A DNA stretch of 64,000 bases. Source: Potamolinea sp. Lineage in GTDB: Bacteria > Cyanobacteriota > Cyanobacteriia > Cyanobacteriales > Coleofasciculaceae. Position 1 is the first letter of the stretch, and each line of letters begins with the position of its first letter. Of this stretch, positions 1-11,533 are shown one piece after another. The translations under genes were made by a program, and so were the position numbers. A model generated the notes under the pieces. That model did no database searches. It was not told the origin of the DNA and saw only the letters and a list, made by a program, of their open reading frames with translations. The DNA is taken from the NCBI GenBank assembly GCA_042408245.1, contig JAYFMV010000019.1, forward strand, positions 3,511-67,510. The letters are read 5' to 3'.

Positions 1-53
1 ACGGCTTTTGTAACTAACATTACAACGGTCAGCAAAAAGAGGAGGTAAAGAGG

Positions 54-371
54 TTGGCAAGAAGACGTAAGCGCAAAAGTCGCCGCCGCCAAGAAGGGCG
101 CAAGATTCTGGAGCACGTGCCTCAGTATAATCTCGAAAGCGGTGAAGATAAACCGGTCACAGCAGCACGGAAGTACATTCAATCAACAGGAATACTACCA
201 CCTGCATTGCTGCTAGTGAAACGAAACGAACATACTACAGACCGTTACTTCTGGGCAGAAAAAGGGCTATTTGGGGCCCAATACGTAGAAGAAAATCATT
301 TTCTGTTTCCCAGCCTGCGGACACTCGAATCCTCCGTAGAGAAGGCTGTAGTTGGGGCTAGTAGCCGCTGA
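54..371 (+). CDS. hypothetical basic protein (TTG start, Arg/Lys-rich N-terminus)
   Basis: Open 105-codon frame preceded by an AAAGAGGAGG SD-like motif at 36-45. No recognisable family. A hairpin pair at 428-451 and 470-527 follows it. Confidence 0.35.
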   Translation: MARRRKRKSRRRQEGRKILEHVPQYNLESGEDKPVTAARKYIQSTGILPPALLLVKRNEHTTDRYFWAEKGLFGAQYVEENHFLFPSLRTLESSVEKAVVGASSR

Positions 372-586
372 ACTATAGTCAGTAAAACGTGGTTACAAGC
401 GCTTTTATAAAAGTGGGCTATAAGTACCCCATCTCTTTCTTCGGGTGGGGATTAAAGCCTGGTATTTTTGAAGGGTCACGCGCTCTGCACCAGGCAAGTA
501 GCAAACGAACCCTTCAAGAAAACACCATAGGCTAGAGTTTCTAGTTAAGTTTTTGGCGGCGCGGGCCAAGTCACCGCCGCAGTAGC

Positions 587-1120
587 TTAATCTTGCGTTT
601 TTAGATGTAAAGATTGTTTGAGCTGTGCGAGTTCATCGCGATGGCCAGTAACGGTAAGCAGAGTTTGCTGACCAGTTTTTGCAGTAGGTAAAGCTTCCAC
701 TTTGAGAGAAACCTGCTCGCTTCGTCCAGCTTTTTTCCAATAAAAAACTCCTGCGATCGGAGCTAATATAACAAGTCCCAGAAAAAATTTAGTAAAGGTT
801 GGGTACAAAAACGAGAGAACCAGCGATAAACACAGGATGCCACAAGCTGCGAGCAAGCTTAAAAAGATAGCCAAAAACCAACTAGGCCGAACAAACCCTT
901 GGAATGTGACTTGATTGGTAGCAGCATCAACTGCAGCTACCCGATAGGCTCTTTCCTCAAAATATTGCTGTAACCGAGCTAGAATTGATTCTTCTGGTTC
1001 TTGGGCAATCAGCTTTTCTTGTTCGATACGGTCTTTAACAGAGGCTCGGATAAAGAAAAATAATCCGACTGCCAACAACAGAGTTAGCAGGAATGTCGAA
1101 GAAAGAATGGGTATATCCAC
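587..1120 (-). CDS. membrane protein, CCB1-like (cofactor assembly of complex C subunit B, DUF3529-type)
   Basis: 177 aa. N-terminal TM helix followed by FFFIRASVKDR, a motif I recall from cyanobacterial and plastid CCB1 homologs, plus a second hydrophobic segment. Confidence 0.5.
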   Translation of the reverse strand: MDIPILSSTFLLTLLLAVGLFFFIRASVKDRIEQEKLIAQEPEESILARLQQYFEERAYRVAAVDAATNQVTFQGFVRPSWFLAIFLSLLAACGILCLSLVLSFLYPTFTKFFLGLVILAPIAGVFYWKKAGRSEQVSLKVEALPTAKTGQQTLLTVTGHRDELAQLKQSLHLKTQD

Positions 1121-1543
1121 GGATGTTTGATTAAACCATACAGCATATACTCATACTTTACAATTTGTTATACCAAGTTGCTCCCAAACGTTTAATTTAG
1201 GACAAGCCTCGCACTGTAGAGAAGCAGGCAGGATGCCTACTCTACAAGTTTTATCTGTTTAGTGCAACTTGGTCTGATCCATTAGCTGGAGCTCGATTGC
1301 TGATTGCAATTAGCCAATAGGCATCTTGAGTGCGACCATAAACGCACCCAGCTAACGGACTTGGGATTAAGCCTTTAACCAAGACCAGCAAAAATCCCTA
1401 GCAGCTTGGCGATGAGAAAATTTTCCTCCAAAAATGGCTCTGGCAACGCTGCTGCTAGAATGGTTTTTTCTGAGGCTCTCACCGAAAAGCTAGGTATGAG
1501 GAGCCTATCTGACCTTTTTTCCAACAGATTTATAGAAGCTAAA

Positions 1544-1897
1544 TTAGATAGCCTTGCTGTTCGGGGTCATATAGCTTCGCCAGAAATTAGCAAGTTCGAG
1601 CGCTTTATCCCGGTAGTCTGGGCGAATTTGATACATTCTCCGGGGCCGTCCTCGTCCTTCCACTTTCTTCCAGTAGCCTGTAATTGCCTCAGACTCTTCC
1701 AGAAACTTCAGTGCGCTGTAGAGCACAGTGTCAGAGAGTCTATAGGTTGGGTGTTCCTGTTCCAGTTGCTGGATCAGTTGTGTCCCATAGGATTCTCCCT
1801 GCAACAATACGAACAGAACGTAACATACGGCCAATTCCTTGTTGAGATAGTTGGGAGGGGGGTCGCGAAAAAATTGATAGATATCGTCAAATTTCAT
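1544..1897 (-). CDS. PadR-family transcriptional regulator
   Basis: 117 aa winged-helix regulator: LQGESYGTQLIQQLEQ...YSALKFLEESEAITGYW...GRPRRMYQI. The overlapping + ORF 1406-1936 is an antisense shadow. Confidence 0.8.
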   Translation of the reverse strand: MKFDDIYQFFRDPPPNYLNKELAVCYVLFVLLQGESYGTQLIQQLEQEHPTYRLSDTVLYSALKFLEESEAITGYWKKVEGRGRPRRMYQIRPDYRDKALELANFWRSYMTPNSKAI

Positions 1898-2581
1898 CGG
1901 TATAGCTCACTGAATATCCCAGCCAACCGGCTTTGATGGGAAAGTTTTTCTGAAACTAACAATCGCTTCAGCACCCCTAAAAACTCATACCAAATCCGCC
2001 TTGTACACTCATTTAATTAGTGTGTCTCAAATCAAGCAACACACAGAGCTTTAACAACCTTTGAGATCAAGGGAGAATATGAGCGGATTTGGAATTACAC
2101 CTCGCTCTGTGTGTTTGTCCTTAAGACGGCTAACCTCAATTGGTTGATCGCCTTCACCCTTTGTAGCGTCAAAGCCTTGAGGAGTGTGTCATTCACTCAT
2201 TTATTCCGTAACGTCAGATGCAGTGCAGCCAAATAGCCTTTATTAATTTTAGCTAAGTCGCTGAGAGCCATGTTCAGTAGCAAACATGCTCTACCCTAAG
2301 CTGAGCGGTACTTTAGATATTTTCCTGCCCTAGATATCTTATATTTTGACATCTAGTTGAATGCATTAATACTTTATACTCGCTTGAGAATGTATATTCC
2401 GCACACTTTAGTTTGGCAGTTCTAGATTTTTTTGTCATTAGCTAGGAATATGTCGCAGTTCAGATCTGTCTTTTCTGTCTTTGTCCCCTACAGCAGTCCA
2501 TAGTCTTTTCTCTCAAGCGATCCCTACCCATACTCTCAAAAATTTCAGAAATTTACCGCAAGTGAGTTAAGTTGCTAGATG

Positions 2582-3082
2582 TTAAACGCTCAGTTCTGGG
2601 TCTGTTTCCCAAACTTCCTTGGTAATTTTGCCTGTTCGATCAAATTGTGCTTGGTAAGACATGGATAAAACAACAACCTCACCCTGACTGGACTTGGCGG
2701 TAATTTTGATTTGAGCTTCAACACGGAGATCGCGTTGCTGCTGTTTGACAACTTGGAAGTCTTTAATGTCGTAGTCCCAGAAAAATTCCTGCCAAGCTGA
2801 GTAAATGGAATCACCCCGGTAAATTTCGTCCGCATCCGAAACACCATAGGAGCGCTTTAAAACAGCCTGATCACTGTAACTTGTGACCAAAAGCTCTGGA
2901 TTTGACGAGGCGATCGCCTTCCAGTGTTTTTGAACCTCCACTGAGGGATTGGCGCTATAACTGCTTTTGTACAGCAACAAAGTACCTACCAAAGTAATGG
3001 CTAAAGCTCCAAAGGATAAACGCTGTCTCAAAGTCGAACCTAAAAACTCCATGATTACCTTTCCTCTCCAATTGCGCTGCAA
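2582..3082 (-). CDS. hypothetical protein with N-terminal TM helix and NTF2/SnoaL-like fold (guess)
   Basis: 166-aa ORF with a hydrophobic N-terminus. The start may be the internal MEFLGST. No firm family assignment. Confidence 0.45.
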   Translation of the reverse strand: MQRNWRGKVIMEFLGSTLRQRLSFGALAITLVGTLLLYKSSYSANPSVEVQKHWKAIASSNPELLVTSYSDQAVLKRSYGVSDADEIYRGDSIYSAWQEFFWDYDIKDFQVVKQQQRDLRVEAQIKITAKSSQGEVVVLSMSYQAQFDRTGKITKEVWETDPELSV

Positions 3083-3278
3083 AGGAAATAGCAGGTAGTA
3101 AGAGTGGTTTATGCTACCCTGACCTGCACTCTTTGAGCAGACGACTCACTGACATTAAAAGTTTTCGGTGCTTAACATTTCTTATAATAAATCGCCTTCC
3201 TTGCCTAGTCACCAGAGACATATTCAGTCAGCTTAGAAGAGAAAATGAGATTAGGTTATCAATCAAGTAGCCAGCCCA

Positions 3279-3863
3279 ATGCGAGAAAACCCTGACATTT
3301 CTTCACTATCTCCAGCCCTCCAGCGAGTCGCTCTGACACTACGTACAATCGGCAATATTTCCTTCTGGCTCCAATTAGTACTTGGCGTCATTTCCATTGT
3401 GATTTTGCTCGCAGCGAGCGCAAGCAGTGGTTTTAGTCGCCAACCAAACCAAGCAACTAATCAAGGAAGTGGATTTGGCATCTTTTTGGCGATTTGTGGA
3501 CTGGTTACACTAGGTGTAGGCGCTTATTTTGCCTTCCGTTACACGAATATTGCCAAACAAATACTTTCTGGTGATCCTGATCGGCGACCAAGCAAAGCCG
3601 ATACCCTGCAAATAATCAGGCTCGGACTGATTGTCAATCTGGTAGGTATGTTATTGACCATTTTGGGGGCACAAGCGACTATCGGCACCACCGTACTCAA
3701 GTCTTTTGCTCAGGGACAAGGAGCTTTCACAACGGCGATTGACCCTAGCCAGCTTGTGCGTTCATTGGATTTACTGGTTGTACAAGCCAACACCAACACC
3801 ATTTTGGCCCATTTTGCCGGCATCGCCGCTTCACTTTGGCTGTTCAATCGAGTCAATCGGTAA
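3279..3863 (+). CDS. DUF3611-type integral membrane protein
   Basis: 194 aa with 4 predicted TM segments. SLSPALQRVALTLRTIGNISFWLQLVLG is typical of the cyanobacterial DUF3611 family. Confidence 0.55.
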   Translation: MRENPDISSLSPALQRVALTLRTIGNISFWLQLVLGVISIVILLAASASSGFSRQPNQATNQGSGFGIFLAICGLVTLGVGAYFAFRYTNIAKQILSGDPDRRPSKADTLQIIRLGLIVNLVGMLLTILGAQATIGTTVLKSFAQGQGAFTTAIDPSQLVRSLDLLVVQANTNTILAHFAGIAASLWLFNRVNR

Positions 3864-3864
3864 T

Positions 3865-3968
3865 GGTTGTTGGTTGTTGGTTGTTTGTTGTTTGTTTTTA
3901 GCTACGGACTACTGACCACCAACTACTGACCACTGACCACTGACCACTGACCACTGACCACTGACCAA
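3865..3968. repeat. heptamer tandem repeats: (GGTTGTT)-like followed by (CTGACCA)x7
   Basis: Direct reading: ggttgttggttgttggttgtttgttgtttg, then ctgaccactgaccactgacc... These are STRR-type repeats. Confidence 0.9.
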
Positions 3969-4099
3969 TCAATTGTAATTTGAGAACGAACTGTGGCAGA
4001 TTGAGTAGATTGGCGCACGCTTGAAGAGCAGTTCAATCTGCTGAAATAGGCGATTGGGCTTTGCCCACTGCCGAAGGCGATCGCGCACATAAGTCGTAA

Positions 4100-5398
<1,299 letters not shown>

Positions 5399-5477
5399 CA
5401 CTAGGGACACAGACAGCTATCTTGTGTCAGAGATTACAATGAAGAAATGTGATGAAACTTTACATTAAATAATTCTT

Positions 5478-6572
5478 ATGTCAATTTTGGCGGCGATCGC
5501 AGTTTTGGCGATTTTGATTGTAGTTCATGAGCTGGGTCACTTTATGGCCGCTCGTCTTCAAGGAATCTACGCCAATCGCTTTTCCTTGGGTTTTGGCCCA
5601 GTTCTCTGGAAATACCAGGGGCCGCAAACCGAATATGCGATTCGTGCATTTCCCCTAGGCGGTTTCGTGGGCTTCCCCGATGATGACCCAGATAGCGAAA
5701 TTCCTCTTAATGACCCGAATTTGTTGCGCAATCGACCGATTTTAGACCGGGCGATCGTCATTAGTGCAGGTGTCATTGCTAACCTAATTTTTGCTTACTT
5801 TCTCCTAGTAACTCAGTCAGCAACCGTAGGTATCCCAGACTTCAACAATGTAGGTGTTTTGGTTCCTCAAATTGCTGCACAAAGCAGTTCTGTGGCACAA
5901 AAAGCAGGTATTCAAGCCGGAGATGTGATCTTAGCCATAGATGGTCAAGATTTGGGTAAGGGATTGAAAGCCACGGATACCCTGAAGAAGACGATTCAGA
6001 AATCTCCAAACCAACCCTTAGAACTGACAATTAAGCGCAATGAACAAAGCTTGTCAGTTCAGGTAAAGCCGGAAGCAGGACAAGACGGCAAAGGTAAAAT
6101 TGGTGTACAGTTGAAACCCAACGGCAAAGTGGTACGCAAGCGGTCAAATATTGTAGAAGCTTTCAGTACCGCAGCCGAAGAATATCAGCGAGTTATTATT
6201 CTGACAGTTCAAGGTTTTGGGCAACTATTGAGTAATTTCGGCGAAACTGCAGAACAGGTTTCTGGCCCTGTAGCGATCGTAGCGATTGGGGCGAATATTG
6301 CTCGTTCAAACCTTGCAGATCTTTTACAGTTTGCCGCCCTGATTAGCATCAACTTGGCGATTATTAATATCTTGCCCTTACCAGCGCTTGATGGTGGTCA
6401 GTTGGCATTTTTGGCAATTGAAGGAGTTTTGGGGAAGCCTTTACCTACTGAAATTCAGCAGAACATTATGCAAACCGGCTTGGTGTTGTTACTGGGTTTA
6501 GGTATTTTCTTGATTATTCGGGATACGGCTAACCTGATTCCTACAAGTTGGGTGCAAAACTTATTCCAGTAA
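5478..6572 (+). CDS. rseP: RIP (site-2) zinc metalloprotease RseP-like with PDZ domain
   Basis: HELGHFMAARL (HExxH) at the N-terminus, a central PDZ domain, and C-terminal LPLPALDGGQ (LDG motif). Confidence 0.9.
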   Translation: MSILAAIAVLAILIVVHELGHFMAARLQGIYANRFSLGFGPVLWKYQGPQTEYAIRAFPLGGFVGFPDDDPDSEIPLNDPNLLRNRPILDRAIVISAGVIANLIFAYFLLVTQSATVGIPDFNNVGVLVPQIAAQSSSVAQKAGIQAGDVILAIDGQDLGKGLKATDTLKKTIQKSPNQPLELTIKRNEQSLSVQVKPEAGQDGKGKIGVQLKPNGKVVRKRSNIVEAFSTAAEEYQRVIILTVQGFGQLLSNFGETAEQVSGPVAIVAIGANIARSNLADLLQFAALISINLAIINILPLPALDGGQLAFLAIEGVLGKPLPTEIQQNIMQTGLVLLLGLGIFLIIRDTANLIPTSWVQNLFQ

Positions 6573-6830
6573 CAAATGTTGTGGGTTGTTGGTTATTTGT
6601 CATTGGTTATTTGTTATTGGTCATTGGTTACAAACAACAAACAACTAACAACAAACAACTAAGCAGGTGAGTGAAAATAAACACAACATGGGCAGGGCGG
6701 GTTTTGAATATAAAATACTGGTTCGTGTCAAGCCTTATCCCTAAACCCGCCCCTACAAATTTATTTGGTTTTTTTTACGCTACCTGCTTAACAACCAACA
6801 ACAAAAAACTAACAACCAATGAGTATTACT
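6573..6830. repeat. inverted heptamer-repeat arms flanking a palindromic hairpin element (PATE/MITE-like, core 6690-6760)
   Basis: The left arm (ttggttatttgtcattggttatttg) and right arm (caaacaacaaacaactaacaa) are inverted. The core hairpin is gggcgggtttTG...ctAAacccgcccctaca. The same core recurs at 45674-45745 next to tnpB. Confidence 0.8.
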
Positions 6831-7559
6831 CGTAAATGGTCAGCAACTGTGCAGAGGGCTTTAGAGATTTTAATTCGCCTCAAGCGACTTTATCCCGAAG
6901 CCCCCTGCACCCTTAACTACGAAACACCCTTTCAGTTACTTGTAGCAACAATTCTCTCAGCTCAATGTACCGATGAACGGGTAAATCAGGTAACCCCAGC
7001 ATTATTCCTACGCTTTCCAGATGCGATCGCCTTGGCTTCGGCCAATGTCGAAGAAATAGAGAACTTGGTACGTTCCACCGGCTTCTATCGCAACAAAGCG
7101 AAAAATATTCAAGGTGCTTCTCGCATGATTATGGCTGAGTTTGGCGGTGAAGTACCCCAACGTATGGAAGAACTACTAAAGTTGCCAGGAGTCGCCCGTA
7201 AGACAGCCAACGTGGTGCTGGCCCATGCTTATGACATTCACCAGGGCGTTACAGTAGATACCCACGTGAAGCGCCTCAGCAAGCTCCTAGGCTTAACAGA
7301 ATACGAAGACCCGATTCGCATTGAGCGAGATTTGATGAGACTTTTGCCTCAACCAGAATGGGAAAATTGGTCAATCAGACTGGTATATCACGGTAGGGCG
7401 ATTTGTAAAGCCAGGAAACCAGAATGCTATGCTTGTTTACTTGCCGATTTATGTCCGAGTGCTGATCTGCCTGGGTTAATGCCTGCGGAAGCAGGGATTG
7501 TGGAATCGAGTGTTACTGCAACAGCCTCTAATTCAGTAGTAATGAGTTCCGAGTCCTGA
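6819..7559 (+). CDS. nth: endonuclease III (DNA glycosylase/AP lyase)
   Basis: FQLLVATILSAQCTDERVN motif, helix-hairpin-helix, and a C-terminal 4-Cys cluster (CxxxxxxC..C..C). Confidence 0.9.
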   Translation: MSITRKWSATVQRALEILIRLKRLYPEAPCTLNYETPFQLLVATILSAQCTDERVNQVTPALFLRFPDAIALASANVEEIENLVRSTGFYRNKAKNIQGASRMIMAEFGGEVPQRMEELLKLPGVARKTANVVLAHAYDIHQGVTVDTHVKRLSKLLGLTEYEDPIRIERDLMRLLPQPEWENWSIRLVYHGRAICKARKPECYACLLADLCPSADLPGLMPAEAGIVESSVTATASNSVVMSSES

Positions 7560-7684
7560 CTTTTAAGTATAAGCTCACAAACTCACAAGAACTTTTGACT
7601 GAGAATTGAGGAGTGATCACTAACTTTGTGGCAATCAGATAAGATAAAAAACGGTGTCTTTGTTTAGGAAACCTTGAGGGATTA

Positions 7685-7987
7685 ATGGCTAAGAAAGGAA
7701 TGATCGAGCGCGAGAAAAATCGCCAAAGACTTGTGGATAAGTACGCTGAAAAGCGGGCACTCCTGAAAGAGGAGTTTGAAAATGCCACAACTCAACGCGA
7801 GAAATTAGAAGCGCACCGGAGACTGCAACAGTTACCCCGCAACAGCGCACCAACCCGTTTGCGGAATCGTTGCTGGGTTACAGGCCGTCCTCGCGGTTAC
7901 TACCGGGATTTTGGATTATCTCGCCACGTACTGCGGGAATGGGCACATAAAGGACTACTCCCAGGGGTTGTTAAATCTAGTTGGTAG
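7685..7987 (+). CDS. rpsN: 30S ribosomal protein S14
   Basis: 100 aa: [20 protein letters not shown]...[19 protein letters not shown]. Confidence 0.95.
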   Translation: MAKKGMIEREKNRQRLVDKYAEKRALLKEEFENATTQREKLEAHRRLQQLPRNSAPTRLRNRCWVTGRPRGYYRDFGLSRHVLREWAHKGLLPGVVKSSW

Positions 7988-7997
7988 TTACTTAGTT

Positions 7998-8042
7998 TTT
8001 AGTCATTAGTCACTCGAAAGCTGACCAATGACTAATGACTAA
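7998..8042. terminator. bidirectional hairpin between convergent genes
   Basis: agtcattagtca...tgactaatgact, a stem of about 12 bp lying between the rpsN stop and the 3' end of the minus gene. Confidence 0.55.
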
Positions 8043-8371
8043 TTACCACAGCAGCGGTCAATGCCAAGGCTTTCTAAAAGTAAATCGCTGACAGCATTGG
8101 CGATCGCAAATTCGCTGAAGAAACTCTCTCGAAAGTCAAAAGCCTGCATCTCTGTCACAATAGCAATCACTAGCGAACCAAGGTCATTTTCCCCTTCCAT
8201 GCGCTGGCGAACAAAAATTTGAGCTGCCCTTTGGGCAATCTGTTGATTAACGGCTTCAGGAATAAACTCTTGATCGAGCCACTTGGCAAGAGTATCTCGC
8301 AACCATTCACCCTCCTGCTGGGCATTTTGAGCAGGGGGAAGTGTGAGCGGTCCAATAGGTTCATTCATGGG
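8039..8371 (-). CDS. conserved hypothetical protein (start taken at internal MNEPIGP)
   Basis: The ORF extends to 8509, but the first 46 codons are low-complexity and overlap a long palindrome. No known family. Confidence 0.45.
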   Translation of the reverse strand, partial: PMNEPIGPLTLPPAQNAQQEGEWLRDTLAKWLDQEFIPEAVNQQIAQRAAQIFVRQRMEGENDLGSLVIAIVTEMQAFDFRESFFSEFAIANAVSDLLLESLGIDRCCGN

Positions 8372-8537
8372 GCAAGTTAACTTTATAGCTCTGTTGTAAA
8401 TTATTTTAAGTGCGACTGGACTACCTGTACTCAGATTCAGTTTGTTATTGGTTATTGGTTGAGAGAAGAGTGTTGATTCCCTTGGAAACAACAAACAACA
8501 AACAACCAATAACTAACAATCCCAGAGTTGTAGACGA

Positions 8538-9113
8538 ATGGCATTTGACATTCCTTCCCTGATCCAGGGGTACGCCCAAGGCTACTTCCTGATGGCAGAT
8601 GAAAGCGGCGATTTAGGTTGGTATTCCAGCCGTCAGCGAGCGGTAATTCCCCTAGATGATCGGTTTCGCTATCCCAAGTCTCTGACTCGCTTCTTGAATC
8701 AAGAACGTTTTAGCGTCGCTATAAATCGGGACTTCAAAGCTGTGATTGCTGGTTGTGCTGACAGGGAAACGACCTGGATTTCCCCGAAGCTTTTGGAAAT
8801 TTATTGGGCGCTTTATAAAGCCGGTTGGGCCTATAGCTTTGAAACTTGGCAGGGTGACGAGTTGGCGGGGGGAATTTTAGGAATTGTTATTGGCGGAGCC
8901 TTCATTGGCGAATCTATGTTCTATCGGATTCCTGAAGGCTCAAAAGTGGCGATGGTTAAATTAGTTGAACGATTGCGCGATCGCAATTTTCTCTTGTTTG
9001 ACGCCCAAATGACAAACCCGCACTTAGAGCGCTTTGGTGCTTATATGATTGATCAACAGCAGTATCAAGCATTGCTACAAGAATCATTGCAGCGCGAATG
9101 TTACCTGGATTAA
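8538..9113 (+). CDS. aat: leucyl/phenylalanyl-tRNA--protein transferase
   Basis: 191 aa: [11 protein letters not shown]...[19 protein letters not shown]-like L/F-transferase signature. Confidence 0.85.
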   Translation: MAFDIPSLIQGYAQGYFLMADESGDLGWYSSRQRAVIPLDDRFRYPKSLTRFLNQERFSVAINRDFKAVIAGCADRETTWISPKLLEIYWALYKAGWAYSFETWQGDELAGGILGIVIGGAFIGESMFYRIPEGSKVAMVKLVERLRDRNFLLFDAQMTNPHLERFGAYMIDQQQYQALLQESLQRECYLD

Positions 9114-9280
9114 AACTCTGAAACTAGGGTTGCTCAACAGCAAAAGTGCCACTCGACCTATAAAGAGAAGACTTCCCCCCAGTTTTCTGTACAAAAGGAT
9201 AGGTTAGTCATTCGGAAATCTTTTAAGATAAACATCTACCGTTATTAATAAGTTTCCAAACTTAATCGTTATGGGAGCGA

Positions 9281-10096
9281 GTGCATTGTATGTTGAAGTC
9301 TTGGCTAATTGATTTACATCGTCTTTGGTCAAATCCAGTTCACCTGAACCAGTCTCTTGCCCAAAAACAACTAGCTAGATTAAGTTTATTGTCGGTTTTA
9401 GGTTTTACAGGCGTTAGCTGGTTCACCACTGCGACTTTCGTCCCCCAACGTGCCGAAGCTTACACAGCAAATGTTCAAATTGCTCTCAACCGTCAGTCTA
9501 GCGAAACTTTTACAACCTTTTTGCGCCGAGCCGATGCAGTTGCTAGAGCCGCAACCCAACGCAGCTTTGATCGCGATATTTTGGTGACAGATGTGGTTGT
9601 GACTGTTGTTGGTCAAAATGAAGGTGCGATCGCGCCTATTTTGGGGATAAAAGTCAACCGTAGAGCTTGGAGTAGTAGACCCGATGTTCAGCGTTGGGCT
9701 ACTTACTACCCAAATACCCAAGCGCTGCTGAGAATTGACGACTCTAAGGTAGAAATTCTAGCGCCACCACCAACCCCAACCCCAACCCCAACCCCAACCC
9801 CAACACCCCAACCAACAGCACCAAGTCAGACTGGTACGGGTCCGATAGACCTCAACATTCCAGGTGCACCGATCCGACTTATACCGACAGCACCTCGACA
9901 AAACGCCCCCGGTGCTACTAACAATCAAGCACCGACCAACGCACCACGATCTAACCAGCCTGCATCTCCCGGCGCTCGCAACAATCAGACACCAACAAAC
10001 ACCCCACGTCCAGCCCAAGCGGCTCCAAGTCCTGGTAACAATCAAGCACCAACAAACGCGCCGCGTCCGAATACTCCTGCACCTACAGGCGAATAA
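9281..10096 (+). CDS. hypothetical protein with (PT)n linker and NNQAPTNAPR-type C-terminal repeats
   Basis: 271 aa. N-terminal hydrophobic segment. (CCAACC)n hexamer DNA repeats at 9768-9810 encode PTPTPTPTPTPTP. Three antisense shadow ORFs on this segment were rejected. Confidence 0.5.
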   Translation: MHCMLKSWLIDLHRLWSNPVHLNQSLAQKQLARLSLLSVLGFTGVSWFTTATFVPQRAEAYTANVQIALNRQSSETFTTFLRRADAVARAATQRSFDRDILVTDVVVTVVGQNEGAIAPILGIKVNRRAWSSRPDVQRWATYYPNTQALLRIDDSKVEILAPPPTPTPTPTPTPTPQPTAPSQTGTGPIDLNIPGAPIRLIPTAPRQNAPGATNNQAPTNAPRSNQPASPGARNNQTPTNTPRPAQAAPSPGNNQAPTNAPRPNTPAPTGE

Positions 10097-10212
10097 ATTT
10101 CCTGCAAAGCTTAGTTTAGCTCTCAGCATTTAATAATACTTTGGGCGTTGAGAAACTAGGTCAAGCCATGACATAGAATGGAAAAGCTGTCAAAAATTTA
10201 GAACTAACTCTC

Positions 10213-10389
10213 ATGGCTGTTCCTAAGAAGAAAACGTCAAAATCTAAAAGAGACAAACGTAAAGCGACCTGGAAGCACAAAGCGGCAATAGCTGCTCAAA
10301 AAGCATTATCTCTAGGCAAGTCAGTTTTGTCCGGCCGTTCTACTTTTGTGTATCCCACACAAGAGGAAGAAGAAGAAGAAGAGTCCTAA
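10213..10389 (+). CDS. rpmF: 50S ribosomal protein L32
   Basis: Missing from the ORF track because it is under 60 aa. Translates to [24 protein letters not shown]..., a canonical L32 N-terminus, with a poly-Glu tail. Confidence 0.85.
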   Translation: MAVPKKKTSKSKRDKRKATWKHKAAIAAQKALSLGKSVLSGRSTFVYPTQEEEEEEES

Positions 10390-10530
10390 GAGGGAAAGCT
10401 GGGCAGTCTTTGGCAGTTTTCAAGCCTGATGTTTTGTTCGAGAAGCGGAAAGTTGAACAGATTTTGCCCTGAGTGCATAATCTGACGCTACGGTGTGATT
10501 AGTACATAAAACTTTATCTCCACTGCAATT

Positions 10531-11121
10531 ATGATCGGGAAATTTTTCCGTAAACCAGAAGCAGAACAGAGCGATCGCGTGCCTCCCGGTCAATACCTGA
10601 CCAAAGGCTTCCCAGTGCTAACCTACGGTCAAACTCCCGAAATCAGCACAGACACCTGGCAATTTCGCGTCTGGGGCTTAGCCAAGGAAAAAACCTTTAG
10701 TTTGCCAGACTTTATGGCAAGTCCTCAGCAGCATTTCACTCATGATTTTCATTGTGTTACTCGCTGGTCTAAGCTAGATGTGCAATGGACTGGTATCAAA
10801 GTCACCGACTTTATGAAGCAGATTGAGGTCGAGCCCAAAGCCACTCATGTCATGCAGCACTGCTACGGCGGCTACACGACAAATCTTGCTCTAGAAGAGT
10901 TTTTGCGGGAAGAAAACTTTTTCGCTCACACCTTGTTTGGAGAACCGCTACCTAGTGAACATGGCGGCCCCCTGCGATTAGTTGTTCCCCATCTTTATGC
11001 TTGGAAAAGTTCTAAGTGGATTAATGGCTTAGAGTTTCTTGACCGCGAAGAGTTGGGTTTCTGGGAGCGCAATGGCTATCATCGGCGAGGAGAGCCTTGG
11101 GCCGAAGAGCGATACAGTTGA
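10531..11121 (+). CDS. sulfite-oxidase-like molybdopterin-binding oxidoreductase (small YedY/MsrP-like family)
   Basis: 196 aa. FHCVTRWSKLDVQWTGIKV and HGGPLRLVVPHLYAWKSSKWI are typical of the Oxidored_molyb domain. Confidence 0.75.
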   Translation: MIGKFFRKPEAEQSDRVPPGQYLTKGFPVLTYGQTPEISTDTWQFRVWGLAKEKTFSLPDFMASPQQHFTHDFHCVTRWSKLDVQWTGIKVTDFMKQIEVEPKATHVMQHCYGGYTTNLALEEFLREENFFAHTLFGEPLPSEHGGPLRLVVPHLYAWKSSKWINGLEFLDREELGFWERNGYHRRGEPWAEERYS

Positions 11122-11198
11122 TCAATTTTACCAAGGGGGAAGAGGAAATCTATTCCCATATCCCCCGTCTTAAGTGTATTATTGGATACAAGCTGCAA

Positions 11199-11396
11199 TC
11201 AGGAATGTACTAATTCACGTGACTGTTGCTTGATCAAACCTAAAGTAGCAGCTTGCTGCAGCCGAGTTAAAGCCTCTATATCTTGGATGTCATACCGAAC
11301 TGCAAACAGTTGTCGCAGTTGATCTTCAGCTTCTACTGTTAGATAGCCAGATTGAAGAACTTTGTGAACAATCTCACTAATATCAGACATGACCAC
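11199..11396 (-). CDS. small hypothetical protein
   Basis: 65-aa ORF, predicted helical. No family recognised. Confidence 0.35.
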   Translation of the reverse strand: MVMSDISEIVHKVLQSGYLTVEAEDQLRQLFAVRYDIQDIEALTRLQQAATLGLIKQQSRELVHS

Positions 11397-11533
11397 GTTT
11401 TGCTCTTGGGACTGTCCTTGTAAGTATGAGGTTTTCGATCACAATCATCTGTGATGGTCGCAATTGAGGTTAGTGAGATTAGTTATACTTTTTTAGTGAT
11501 GAGGCTTAGGTTGTAAAGTGAGACGGATCACAA

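Noticed and set aside
300-345. tRNA-like T-arm string (ggacactcgaatcctcc)
   Set aside because: No GTTCGAATC consensus, no acceptor-stem pairing and no anticodon arm. It lies inside an open reading frame.
1406-1936. 176-aa ORF on the + strand
   Set aside because: It fully overlaps the well-supported PadR gene on the opposite strand and has no family features. It is an antisense shadow ORF.
9398-10133. Three ORFs (9398-9721 minus, 9758-10129 minus, 9864-10133 plus) with Cys/Trp/Arg-rich products
   Set aside because: These are shadow frames of the (CCAACC)n / PT-repeat coding region of 9281-10096. Their compositions are typical repeat artefacts.
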